This document shows positions 13,654 through 26,124 of a stretch of DNA of 64,000 nt, piece by piece. The stretch is taken from the NCBI GenBank assembly GCA_964016885.1, contig OZ024743.1:358732001-358796000 (forward strand), in the 5' to 3' direction. Position numbers and translations under genes: made by a program. Numbering within the stretch: the stretch's first letter is position 1; each line of letters begins with the position of its first letter. A model generated the notes under the pieces. The model ran no database searches, had not been told where the DNA came from, and saw only the letters and a program-made list of their open reading frames with translations. The DNA is from Eledone cirrhosa. Lineage: Eukaryota.

Positions 13654-15048
13654 ATTATTTTTATTGTAATTAATGTTGGATTTATTATTTTCCCTACATG
13701 GTAATGTTATGTCAATCTTGTGCAATATAAAAAAAAGAAAAGATTATAATTTGTAGTTTCATTTGCTTATTATATAATAGTTTTTGGCTTTTGGATTTTT
13801 CTTACATTACTTTTTTTTTCTCTCATGAAGTAATCAACAGAGGCACCATAAAAATAAACAGAAGCAATAAAATTTAAAGAAGAATCAGATTTGTAACATT
13901 TGGAACTGTGTCAGTGACCAGATAGTAAACTATGACGAAAATGTTGATACCAAGAAAAGTGAATTGAACAGGTTTTGTATGTCTTTTGAATGGCTAAAAT
14001 GACACTTTCCCACAATTACTGGAGTTTCAACACATCGTCTCAGATCAAGTCAATTGCTAAACAAGTAAAACTCTGTAGTTTTGAACGTTTGAGACAGCTT
14101 TAAACATTAAACACTGCATCTCAGAGTCCACACAAAGATTGTTCGCAGGACAGTTGAAAAACCTTTTGATATTTTCCTGATAACAAGGATTGAATGAAAA
14201 CTTAGAAACAGTCTAGAGTTATTTCCCCTGCACGCGAGGCGAAATAATGTAACAATGTTTTTAATTATTTTTATCTTGACAATTTATATTTCGTAAAAAC
14301 AATAAACAAAAGAAATACTAGTGTATCATGCAAATGCTTCATATACTCGGCGGACAAAATAGCAAATGCGTTACTTCGAAGGATGCGCCAAAATGGCGAG
14401 TCCATCTCGTTGGACTATGTATTAATAGTTCTTGCGGATGGCCATTTCTATCCCCAAACGAACTGAATATGATATATATATATACATATTAAAACAGATC
14501 AGTTGTAAAATACCCAGCCAAATTTACAGTCCTCGCCGGAGCAAGGTGCGACACATATCCAACGCTGGCCAGACTTGCCTCCCGGCGTGGACGACCTGTC
14601 TAACTCATACAAGCGTGGAAAAATTGACATTAAATGGAAATGATGATGATGATGAAATGAAACTTTGGGGAAAACGATTCAGTTCTCGGTAGCATGGTAT
14701 GAGTATTGAATTGATTACAGTAGAGATTTTTTTGAAAACATTGTGAAAAATTTCCTAAGTCCGTGACACCGAGAAACAAAACAGTTCATATTTATTTAGA
14801 AAATAATTCTTAAGTGAGATAACTTTGGATATTGGTATAAGTTGAACTAAAAAGTGTTTCCTGTTTTTTTTTTTTGCGGCATAATTTTCATGCCATGATA
14901 GTGACTTGATTAGTAACTAAATTCTATTAACACCTCCCAATGGCCCCGAAAGTGAATATTTATGAATGGTATTCTTAGTAGATGTTTGTGTTCAAATGTT
15001 TAACGAAGTGAGGCTCATTTGTTAATTCTATAAACAAATAATCAAGTA

Positions 15049-17476
15049 CAGTGAGTCCTCGATATACGGTATATATGCGTTCCTGAAACCCTTACCGTAT
15101 AAATAACCCATTATAACATGAAATAGATAGGGATGCGTTCCAGCACATCGAAAAAGTCATCCCTACAGAAAAGAAATAATGTTTTTTTTTTATTTACTGT
15201 ACCTTACACATGCCGTGTAGTCCATCAGATGATGTGTCTCTTCATTTGTCCCTCCCGAGGCTAATCGACAGTATGGGTTTCAGCCCTTACTCATCTTGGG
15301 CTGAGTTGGCAGGAGAGGATGAGGGTGATGTGGGAGGCTCAAAATCAACAAACTCGTTGACTGCAGTGGTTATTGAAGGGCCAGCTGGTTGGCAGGTGTG
15401 ACTGGCTTGAAGAAAGAGTAGATGGAGGACTGTTTGGCGGTGTTTCTTTTGGCTTCATACATTTCTTGGTAAATCTTGACGCTTTTCTCGATGTCTTGAG
15501 CCACTTAGGGTCACGCTCCTTCAGGGTTTCTATGATTGTTTCGATACTCCTGAGACATTCTCTTAGAGTTTTTATGTCCAAGCCACGCACAGGTTCTTCT
15601 TCCTCTTCTTCTTTTTCTGTCTCCTGTATCGCCTTGTCTAGTTCTATGAGTTCATCATTGGAGAGTGGTTCAGCGTGGCTTTCCAAAAGGTCTTGCACAT
15701 CATCATCATTAATACCATCGAAGCCAGCTCTATGGCAGAGATTTACAATATCTTTTTTTATCGCACCAATGTCCTCAGCAAAGCCTTGGAAGTCATTCAC
15801 ACATGCTGGCCATAATTTCTTCCAGGCCAAGTTCATGGTAGACTGCTTCACTTTTTTCCAAGATGCCTTGATGTTGTACAATTTCCACCATTCCCTGATC
15901 GTGGGCTTGTCAGGCCCATCTGTGCCCTTTATCAGCTGCTGCATGGTTCTCCGCTGGTAGTATGTCTTAAATGTTTTGATGACTGTTTGATCCATCGGCT
16001 GAATGAGAGCTGTGGTGTTTGGGGGGAGAAACAAAACCTCAATATTTTCCGACCAGTCTTCCATTGCCTGTGAGCGTTGTCCACTAATAGCAGAAAACGG
16101 TTGGCAATGTTGTTAGCTAATGCATATTCCTTAAGGGTTGGTGACAGATATGAGATGAAAAAATCCTGATGAATTGAAGTGATCAGCCATGCCTTCTTAT
16201 TAGACTTCCATATCACTGGTAGGTATTGCTTAAGTAACCCCTTGAGTGCTCTTGGAGTTTCAGAATGGTAGATAATGAGTGGCTTTAGCTTTAAATCTCC
16301 TGCATTTCCACCAAGTAACAAAGTAACGCGGTCCTTTGAGGCTTTGAACCCCTTCGCACTTTGCTCCTCCTTGTCAATATAATTATTACTGGTCATCTTT
16401 TTCCAATAAAGTCCTGTTTCATCATAATTAATAACCTGTTTTTTGCTGTACCCCTTCTCTGCAATGCATTTCTCTAACTCTGCCTTGAATTTATCAGCAC
16501 TCTCTTTGTCGGAATGGGCAGCCTCATCTGTAACATTTATGTTGTGAAGACTCGAACGTCGTTTGAACTTATCAAACCAGCCTTTGCTTGCCTTGAATAC
16601 AAAGTCCTCCACCCCCATTTCAATCTTGAGCCTGTCAATAATGGACAATGCTTTCTCACTGATTACATTTAAAGACAGAGGCATATTTTGACGATTTTGG
16701 TCGTCGATCCAAATTTTGAGCAACCTTTCCATCCTATCCATAATCGGCTCACCATGTTTGGTCAACAATTTACTCTGTAGACTCGTAGCATTCTCTCCAG
16801 CTTTTTTGACAGCCTCACTATTTTTTAAAACAGTCCAGACTGTAGACTGAGCTAGGCGGAAGTTACGACTTATAGCGAACGTACCTCGCCCGTTCCTTCC
16901 TTTTCAAAATGTCCAGCTTTATCTCCAAAGTCAGGCTCTTCCTCATGCGTTTGGTCTTTCCATCTGCATCAGCAATATTCGCAGGATGTTTTGGGGCCAT
17001 GAGATATGGGGTTATAAGATATGTTGTGATAATTATGCTCCAAAAACACGCCGTCGGGTTTTCTCTTACTTTAAATGACGTCATAACTCTTAACTGATCA
17101 CTTCAGTTCAGCAAAAATTCTCTCACTGAGAGGACACGCTAGTTTGCCGAACTGAAGTGATCAGTTAAGAGTTATGACGTCATCGACCGATATCTGAACT
17201 CGCTCGTGATTGGCCAGTTTCTCGGTAAGGTCAGTTAGTACGATAGCAGTAGTAACACAATTTTCCTAGAATTCGAATAGCAGTCAGTTTCCATGAATTC
17301 AAGGGGGAATTTATTGCTTACTACAGGTGGCGCGACAGTACAATATAAACAAAACACGACCAAAAACCGTATCTGTGAATTTTTTTTACCGTAAATAAAA
17401 TTGATGGTAGTAATTACCCAAAACCGTATCTGTGGATTTACCAGATAAAGAACTACCGTATATCAAGGACCCACTG
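15049..17476 (-). mobile_element. Complete but frameshifted Tigger/pogo (Tc1-mariner superfamily) DNA transposon in the MRPL34 intron
   Basis: 23-bp TIRs CAGTGAGTCCTCGATATACGGTA / CAGTGGGTCCTTGATATACGGTA, each flanked by TA. Transposase from ATG at 17000: RKSLTLEIKLDIL (CENP-B-type HTH), FKASKGWFDKFKRR, NYDETGLYWK, LLVDNA, FLPPNTTALIQPMDQ. Confidence 0.95.
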
Positions 17477-17821
17477 TATTACTTTTGCTTAAATCCATGC
17501 CACGACTATTCCCTGCCTCCAGTAATTGTGTACCCCCATATTCATCATCACCGTAGCTTGAATAGGTTAGGTGACTATCACGTGCTGAGGCCTGGCCAGT
17601 CAAGTGACTAGGATCTGCTCATACGTTTTGTTTTGGCTTGGTTTCTACGGATGGATGCCCTTCCTAAAGCCAACCACTTTACAGCGTGTAGCTTTGAGTC
17701 CTTTTAAGATGTGTGTGGTTTGAGGGAGATTTAACTTCTATTTCTACTTATCAACATAGAGTATCGCTTTGCGTTATTCCTCATCAATGTTTCTCTTGAC
17801 CCTTCATTATTTCATATAGGA

Positions 17822-18257
17822 TTATATGAAATAATTGTTTCTTCTTTCGGCACAAGGCCAGCAAATACCCAGTGCATTACTGGTACTTTATTTTATCGAC
17901 CCCGCAAGGATGAAAGGCAAAGTTAACCTCGACTATGAAATAATGAATCCCGCCGAGATTAACTTTGCCTTTCATCCTTAAGGGGTCGATAAAATAAAGT
18001 ACCAGTAATGCACTGTGTAATTGCTGGCCTTGTGCCATAAGTAGAAACAATTATTTTATATAGGATTGGTAGTATCGGTAGGGAGTTGGACATATGCTTT
18101 GCATCAGAGTTACGGCCCTTTACGGTATGAGTTCAAATCCCGCCAAGGTTAACTTTGCCTTTCATCCTTACGGAGTCGATAGATTAAAAACACCAGTAAT
18201 GCACTGGGATAATTGCTGGCCTTGTCCCAAAAGCTGAAACAATTATTTCATATAGGA
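17822..18257. mobile_element. Cluster of three SINE copies (one inverted, two direct)
   Basis: Minus partial copy about 17829-17931, plus partial copy about 17946-18055, plus near full-length copy about 18063-18247. ATTATTT(C/T)ATATAGGA recurs at about 17806, 18050 and 18242. Confidence 0.85.
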
Positions 18258-19119
18258 GAACCAGCACATTCAGAACTGATGTTACCATTTCCTTCAACTT
18301 CCTATTACATAGATATTTTCTAACATCAACTCATGACATATTTCACTTCATCAGGTGTTGTCCATTCACATATTCATACTTGCACAAAAGATCTTGCCTG
18401 TTTTCTAAGCTCAGCTGTCCCTTTTCAGCTTTTGTAATGTAAATATGTAAAATCACACATTCTAATATAATTCAATATAGTTTACCCTTTATGTACAGAG
18501 AAATCATTCATTGCAACAAAAGCAAACAGTTCTCTCAACTTCTTCCACTCTTTTCTTATCCTAGCAATTATTTTTTCCCCAGAACACAAATGAGTAGTTG
18601 GAACAATTCTTTTACTAGATTCAGGGGGTAGTGTTGTAATGGGATTTAGCCAATCATATTGAACCCAGTACTTATCTTTTGAAGTTTGGTACTTATTTTA
18701 TCGACCTATTTATCTTGAACCACTATGCAAATACAGACACATATACATACATATAATTGACGGGTTTCTGCCGACCAAATTCCACTCACAAGGAACTGAT
18801 CAATCAACAGCTATAGTAGGTGCTACCGTGCTGTGGGACTGAACCTGAAACAAGGTTCTGAAGAGAACTCTTCAACCACACAACCATGCCTGCACTTATC
18901 TCTAACTTTTAACAAGCGATCTGAGTAAAGTAAAAACAATATCAGGATTTATTTCTAAATTTTATTTTATGCGACAAACTCTAGTTGCCAACTAAGCCAC
19001 TTAAACGAAATGTTGAGAGAGAAATATAGTGAGAGTGCAACTGTGTGTGAAAGGCAGATAGATATCACCATAGTAACCAACAACACAGTAAGTAACACTT
19101 TCCCATCGATACTCCCAGC

Positions 19120-19245
19120 TTGTCGCCAAGTGTTGTTGCCGGTTTGCGTGTTCGTTACTCGAGACACTGTTCGTTACCGGAGTCGTTTTATGTTCGAAAA
19201 AACTGTTCGTGAGCCGATTTGTTTGTAAACAGAGGTTCCACTGTA
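19120..19245. mobile_element. One end of a Tigger-like non-autonomous element
   Basis: Ends in GAGGTTCCACTG-TA (reverse complement TA-CAGTGGAACCTC) with subterminal TGTTCGT repeats. Partner end not found. Confidence 0.45.
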
Positions 19246-19339
19246 TAACTAAAATAGGTTTCAGCCAGTATTGGCTCAGGCCATATCTAACTTAATAGCA
19301 CCTATGTGTGAATATATATATATTTCAAAATTAAAAAAA

Positions 19340-19780
19340 AAAAGATAAATGTTGAGATACAATTACACAAAGCTTTATTAATTTCACGCTTGTTGGAAAA
19401 GCAAAAGGAATGTCGCAACATATCGGACGTTAGTCCTTCATCAGGAGTTAAATTAGAAAAAAGAGATTGAAAGGTTGAAGAAAGTGTTTATTAAGGCGGC
19501 AGAGGACGTTTTGGTTGGGTATGGTGAGGGAAGAAGGGAACGGAAGAGGAGAAAGACGAGCAGACGAAAACAAGGACAAAGAGGAAGGAAGGTCGTTGAA
19601 GATACGTGCAGTGCAAGAGCAAGTTAAAATATCCGGTAATCGGAAGGCCGAGGGGGGATCCAAAATGCCAAGGGGTTCCCTATTGTAGTGACCTTCTGTA
19701 TGCAAGGGTTCATAAATAAACCCGGCTTCTCAAGTCGTTCCTTTCAGTGTCAAGTCTAAGAGAACTGTTATCTAGACCTT
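19340..19780 (-). mobile_element. Penelope-like element 3' remnant with a decayed hammerhead motif
   Basis: Minus strand gives EAGFIYEPLHTEGHYNRE, resembling a GIY-YIG tail (EA..I......NR). Downstream is CTC-CTGATGA-A-GGAC-TAAC-GTCC-GATA-TGTT at 19448-19417. Confidence 0.5.
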
Positions 19781-20164
19781 CATAACTTAAAATAAAATAA
19801 AAATAACTCGCAAGATACACCGGACTTCGTGCATTCGCATGTAAAATAAATATGGTGGAGTGGACTAGATATTTTTGTTTTCTTATTTCAAGCTCTATTG
19901 TCAATGATTACACTCTTTTCATGCATGAAAGCATGTTGATTGTTACAAAAGAAAAAAAAAACGTGAAAGGTAAACACCTCAAATTTATGATACTAAAATA
20001 TATTTTAATTTATTACAGAAAAAAAGACGGGGTGGCCATGGCTGCAATGCCTTTGATCACAGTTGATCTGGGGCTAAACAACAACAGCATAGAAAGCAAG
20101 TTTCGTAGGAAGCATATCAAGGACAAATTCAGCAAAGATAACACAATTATTAATGTGAGATTAC

Positions 20165-20579
20165 GTTCGCGAGATGACGTCGACTTAGTTTAAATATACT
20201 GTATAAAGCTTACCTTGGAATCAGTCCAGCCGATGAAATAACCGAGAATTTACGAAATATTATTGACATTGTGGTAATAGATAACTAGAAAATATAAATA
20301 AGGGAACTGGCCATATCCGGAAGCACTACAATAATAGTTTCGTACTGAATCAAAGAAGAAATTAATTTTTTTTTTCAGAAATAAAATTTTAGAAATACAA
20401 TTCAAGTAAAATAGAATAATCAGTTCTATTTAAATATTTTAGAAAATATTTTCTGTCTATTTTTAAAAAACTTTATTTACAGAAATAAATGTTCTCGCAC
20501 TAAATGGCCCATTGGTTAATGTTAATATTCCCATAATCCCACGTTCTTTTACTCACTGCCAACACCGGTCATCGTAAGT
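20165..20579. promoter_or_regulatory. Putative bidirectional promoter MRPL34(-)/SSR2(+), including a probable non-coding SSR2 exon 1 ending at 20573
   Basis: Unique sequence free of recognisable TEs. Motifs: TCGCGAGA and TGACGTC (about 20167-20181), ETS-like CCGGAAG (20317), ACTACAA (20325), ATTGG (20511), ZNF143-like TCCCATAATCCC (20529), and a pyrimidine tract followed by a GTAAGT donor at 20574. The SSR2 ATG directly follows a splice acceptor, so an upstream UTR exon is expected. Confidence 0.55.
20214..20269 (-). CDS. MRPL34: MRPL34 coding exon 1 (mitochondrial presequence start)
   Basis: Minus strand reads ATG TCA ATA ATA TTT CGT AAA ... CCA AG|GTAAGC = MSIIFRKFSVISSAGLIP(R). Basic/hydroxylated and free of acidic residues, like a presequence. 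The phase-2 donor joins in frame to the acceptor at 13116 (AG+G = Arg). Confidence 0.75.
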
Positions 20580-21319
20580 TTACTGACACTCCTCTTTCAT
20601 GTATCCGAATTTTAAGATGTTTAGGATGATTTTTATTCTATATATTGTTTAAATTGTTTAATATTATACTCATGTATTAACGTTATTCTTCCAATTATCA
20701 TCGCTTCCCACTGCAATCTATCTATACTTAGTCGTCTTTTATTCGCATCTGTTATTGTTGTTGCTAATGCTTACGTGGCATTTAACTTATGCCAACGTTT
20801 ACATCTCAGGATTGTAAATATAACTGTTTATTTTGCTACGATTTGAGTTTTTTAAACATTCTAAACATAAACGAAACAACATTATATACAGCAAAATCGG
20901 AAATATAATAACACAGTAGTATTTCAACACGAGTACGTTGAAAAGGTTGAAATCATATCATGTTGCACGTTTCTTAATTCAAATATTCATTCAATTCAAC
21001 GTATAGGGTTAAGGTTCTCTTGTCGCTTCGTATATATATATATATATATTTTACTCTTCAACAATTTCCTCCAGATTTTCCCTAGTAAACATTGTTTCTC
21101 GCTAATTAAGTTACAAATTCGTATATGCACCATTTACCAATATCGATCGCAGTGCGAGCATTAAACATCGTATCGCGAGTAAATTCTAAAGATCTGTCGA
21201 CAAAACTGTTGAGAGTAACCCTTATATTTTATCTACAAAACAAAAGCTTTTCAACTACAGATAGTTGAACCGAAAAATTTAATATTTCCTACAATTGTTA
21301 ATTTAGGTAAGAAAACACA

Positions 21320-22440
21320 TTCGAAAGAACGTTGAAACGGAGTGGAGTTCAGCTCAGCAGTTTCTGCTTCAACTGCTAAATGCTGTGGGTGAAAGAGGCT
21401 TGGTGTGGCGCCAGATGGCAGGAGGGTCCTTTGGGTTTATCAAGAGATCATAGATGCCATCCGAACAAAGAAGGATGCCTACAAAGCTTCTTGCTGACTT
21501 CATAAAAAGAAGTTCTCTCCTCAGAGAGGTGCATCCTCGTGAGGTGGAGAGAATACTTTGTTGATCTCCTAAACCCGATCACAATAGCATCATTTGATTT
21601 ACACTTGGTGCATCTGGGAGTGGTGACTAATCTCAGAAGATGAGGTCCTAGAGCGATTAAAGAGCTCAAATGTGACAAGGCCTCTAGGGATGTTAAAAGC
21701 TCTAATTAGAGAAGGTATTCTCTGGCTGACTTGTGTGTGCCGAGTCGCCTGAATCTCTGGAAAGGCACCTAAGCAATGGCAATCTGGAGTAATAATCCCA
21801 ATTTTCAAAAAGGGAGACAAGAGAGATTGTTCCAATTACAGAGGGATCTGCTTGTTAAGCCTACCCGATATAGTCTATGCTAAGTGTCTGGCAAAGAGAT
21901 GTAGAGAGATTGTCGAGTCCAAGCTAGCTGATGAACAGTGGTTTTCAACCCGAACGCAGCACAGCTGACCAAATATTCGCATTGCGGCAGGTCTTTGAGA
22001 AATTGTGGGAGTACTGCCAAGAGGTGTATTCAGACTTTGTAGACCTTGGAAAGGCATATGACCGCATTCCTTGGGACCTGCAGTGGACAGTTCTGCAGGA
22101 ACAGGGGGTCCTTCCGATAGAGTGCGTAGCTTGGAGATCAGAGAGTTGTTTCACGTAGAGCCGCTACTTTTCCAGATTGAGAGATCATAGCTCCGATATT
22201 ACAGGCATGTGGTTAGAATGTCTTGTGAGGAAAGAATCACTGGACAGATTTTACAAGCTAAACCAACCAGCAGGAGAGCCAGAGGTAGACCCCGAACAAG
22301 ATGGTTGAATAACATCCATGAGCTTGGCTGGTCTTACTTGGGAATCCAGCCTAATCAGTTGGAAATGGTTGCTTCTGACAGGATGCGTGGGAAGGAGAGT
22401 TTGAGGACTTTGCTTCCAAGACCCTCTCAGGAATAGTAGG
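21320..22440 (+). mobile_element. Second RTE-like LINE family, internally deleted remnant
   Basis: WQSGVIIPIFKKGDKRDCSNYRGICLLSLP, STADQIFALRQVFEK..EY, FVDLGKAYDRIP, and a 3' end RARGRPRTRW...LLPRPSQE*. Confidence 0.85.
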
Positions 22441-22619
22441 CAATGAAGAAGAAGAAACACATTTGATTGCATTAAATGACTGCTGGCATCTTCTAAGTTC
22501 CTGTATAAAACTTAACGAATTTTTATTTGAATGGGCATTATTCCTTTTATCATGTAAAGATGAACAATTTTTAAAACTATATCTTCATCATTTAACATCT
22601 TTTAGAAGCAAGTCAGGTT

Positions 22620-24280
22620 AAGTGAGTGTGTCTTGCTCAGAACTGTTTCTGGCTTGTTTTCTATGGCTGAATGTCCATTTTAACACCAACCACATTAATA
22701 GTGTGGACTGGAGGGGTGTTAGGGCATGGGATGTGTATGGAAAGGGAGAGGGAGGATAGTGGTTAAATGGTGCACACTAGATGTATACTTGGGTCTTATG
22801 TATTACTGCATAGCGCCAAAGGTCTTGATCCTGTGTCATTGCGTTCGAGAGGTGCAATTGTGCAAGGTTAGTTTTTATCACCTCATCCCAGGTCTTCCTA
22901 CTCCATAGCTTCCATCAACTTTGAGTGCTCTGTACCTTTTTATACAACTGTCATCCTTCAAACAATTTTTTCATTACATTTGTGGCTGCTTTGAGAATGT
23001 TGTTGCATTGGTGTAGATTCATATGTATCACATGGCCATACTAACACAATCCCCTTTCTTGTACACTGCATCTGATCTCTCTTATTGCTAGTTTCTCTCC
23101 CAGTTCATTTATGCTTTGCCGTTCATGCATATTACTATTACTCACCAATCGAGCATGCAGGCTTCATTTCTTCCCAATCTTTGCAGGTCCTCTGCACACA
23201 GTGCGCAGGTCTCACTACCCTACAAAATTGCTGTTTGTATACATGCATCATACAATTTGCCTTTTCATTTTGAGGAAAAAAGCCTTTTGTAGCTTGTAGC
23301 AGTAGTAACACCCTGAACTTTCTCCAGCCCTTTCTCCTGAACATCCTTTTCCACTGCTAATTTGGTCGCCCAAGTAACAGAAATTGTTGACTATTTCTAC
23401 AGAGCCCTCTGGGCATTTGAAGGAGCTTGTATCCTGTGAACTCTTGCTACTTACTGCACCTGTGCATCAGCCAGATATAAGACCTACCTTCTTTGATAGC
23501 CTGCCTGTGATTCCACTACATCTCTGGTGAACCCATAGCTTACGTTTGGGCACAGGATAGAATTTCTACCTACTCCTGTCCTACACACTGAGCAAGACAA
23601 TTTCCCTGATGGAATCTAGGCCTCTTTTTCATTTCTACATACTAGGACTTTAGTCTGACAAATTAACTTTAAGAACTTTTGATTCTAGGCCATGCTTCCA
23701 GGTTTGGAATTTCTTCTCTCATTTTGCCATGATTCAGCTATAAGGATTAGATCATCTGCATACAGAAGTTCCCATGGGTAGCCAGTCTTAAACTCTTCTG
23801 TTATAGCCTGCAGGATGATAATGAACAGGAGAAGATGGAGCCCTGATGGACATTTACCTGCATGCTAAATTCTTCATTATAGTCATTGTTAATTCTAACC
23901 TTGCTGACTGTTTCTCTATACATGGCTTTTACTGCTCTCACAAACCACTCGTCTACTCCTAGTTTTCTAAGAGCCCACCAGGTAATGGAACGGAGGACTC
24001 TGTTAAAAGTTTTCTCCAGATAAACAAATGCCAAGTAGAGGGGTTTACTTTTAGTTAGGTATTTCTCCTGTAGTTACCTCACGAGGAAGAGAGCATCTGT
24101 GGTACTTTTACTTGGCACAAATCCAAACTGCATTTCATCTAGGTTAACTCGGTCCCTAATCAGCTGTACTATAACTCTTTCTGTGACCTTCATGACCTGG
24201 TCAACCAACTTGATACCTCTATAGTTTTCTCTGTCTAGAGCATCTCCTTTTCTCTTGTAGCAGTTGATGATGCTGCTTTA
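22620..24280 (-). mobile_element. RTE-clade LINE remnant
   Basis: ENYRGIKL, AFVYLEKTFNRV, WWALRKLGVDEW, VHQGS and LLYADDL, with many stops and frameshifts. Confidence 0.88.
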
Positions 24281-25942
24281 CAAAAGAAATTGGGCAACAA
24301 ACAACGAAAATTGAGTCAAAAGGACAACCACATCAGGGAACACTTGTATGCTCCTCTAAAAACATTTTAGGTAACATGGCATTACCATAGATGATCGGGA
24401 GATCGATAAGCTGATACAATGAAGCAGCTTTCTGTGCATTACCTTATATTTTAGTAAGATGAGACCCTAATGATGACAAGGACTTTGTTGTTAGTAGGCA
24501 GATTCTCCTGCATATCACTAATGTAGGATTTTGAAAAATATAATCCATCAACAGATTACAGTACTTCAGGATCTTGTGCTATATGGTTAATGATGTGGTA
24601 ATTTCTACTCTTGTTCAACCTCAGAATTTATGCTGTGTGATAGCATGAAAAAATCACTAATAGTGGTGTCCCATATGAAACATCTACCCCTTGCCCAAGG
24701 GCAAAGAGTAAGGACTCTTTCAATTGCCCCTGAACAATCCCAATTGCTCCAGTATTGAAGTGACATTTATTCTGACTAGGGCAAATGAAATAACTCACAT
24801 TTTTCGCTTACAGAAAGTTAGCAACACTTTGAATATGGAGCAGATTGACCAAAATGAGTAAAAAATAAGCTTTGATGTGAAATTGTCCGAAACTATAAGT
24901 TAATTTACCTTGCTTTGCAACTGACAAATCAAATCCTTCCACAATAGTAGAGTTTGATCCACCTCCCTGTTGGAGATAGTTTCAAGAATTAAGTTGTCAA
25001 AAATGTGCAAGGACGACGAGAATCTATATGAAAAACTGACCCTACATTTTTTTTACTAAGAGTACAAAAAGCATGATTATATTTAGTTACATCAATGTTT
25101 TTAACTGTTTCAGGTTTAACATCTGAGAAAGAAAGGTGCACCTCAAAGGGGAGTTTAGAAATAGGGGTCCAAAGGGAATACTACACCGATATGGTGAATA
25201 GATTCATTGTGGCCTTATATTGCGGAAATGAATGATTCCAAAATTCACATTAAGAACTGTTAACTTGAAGTCCCCTGTGACAAAGTTCCCCAATCATCAA
25301 CTTCACATTGGCAAGGACTCTATCTTAGGAAGCTTGTAAGCATGCATCAAAGTACCAAGCATTCAAATCCAAGCCCGACTCCAACCTAGTAACATCACTA
25401 ATACCTAGTGCAAACAGTACATGGTCAAAGAGAATAGCTTGCAGAAAGAATGCACTGGTTTCTAATGATAAGATATGAATGTTTTCTTTCAGTTAAAGGC
25501 ATTTTTATTTCAGCTTTGTAGAATTCTCCTTGGGGACTTTAAAAGGACTGTTCACTTAATGACCTCATAGCATGGATGGCTACATTCCACTCAAATATAA
25601 GGATATTGTCAGTGAATATTAAGTATTCATGATTGCAATGTGGCCTTATTTATGACTTTTTGGTGAAGTATTTAATAGAATATGTGTTTTGATGCAGACA
25701 TCATAACATAACATAGAAAAATTAATTTCATCATAGTAACATGTTCAGGATAATATCTTGATTTACAAATTTTGATTTGTTGCTCATGAAGAACTAAAGT
25801 TGACTTTTGGCAAAAAAATATGAGGAAGGCGTGACTTTTATACATGTATATATGGCAATTTGAATGATATTCGAAAAGAAAAAAATGTACCGAATTCATA
25901 TTTCTCTAATATACATTCTAAATTATTTGTTTAAATTTTCAG

Positions 25943-26124
25943 ATGATGAATTCTTTGTCCTTACTGAGTGTTTTCTTAAGTTTCTTGTGTCTGTTTGCTC
26001 CAACGTTGGGTACAGAAGAGGAGAAATCAGCTAGATTGCTAGCATCTAAGAATGTTATGAACCAATATCTAGTTGAAGGAAAAGATGTAACTGTGGAATA
26101 CAGAATCTTCAATGTTGGGGAAAC
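25943..26124 (+). CDS. SSR2: Translocon-associated protein beta (TRAP-beta), coding exon 1
   Basis: TTTTCAG|ATG. Signal peptide followed by ARLLASKNVMNQYLVEGKDVTVEYRIFNVG, matching SSR2 ARLLASK...VEGRD...YNVG. GTAAGT donor at 26125, phase 2. Confidence 0.95.

Noticed and set aside
13900-14950. Possible non-autonomous DNA transposon or regulatory island
   Set aside because: No terminal repeats or TSD could be identified with confidence.
15345-17000. Domesticated TIGD/CENP-B-like gene
   Set aside because: Frameshifted and still bounded by TIRs and TA duplications.
24300-25600. Possible ancient Penelope-like or other RT relic in the SSR2 5' intron
   Set aside because: Only faint motif resemblance; no frame could be supported by eye.
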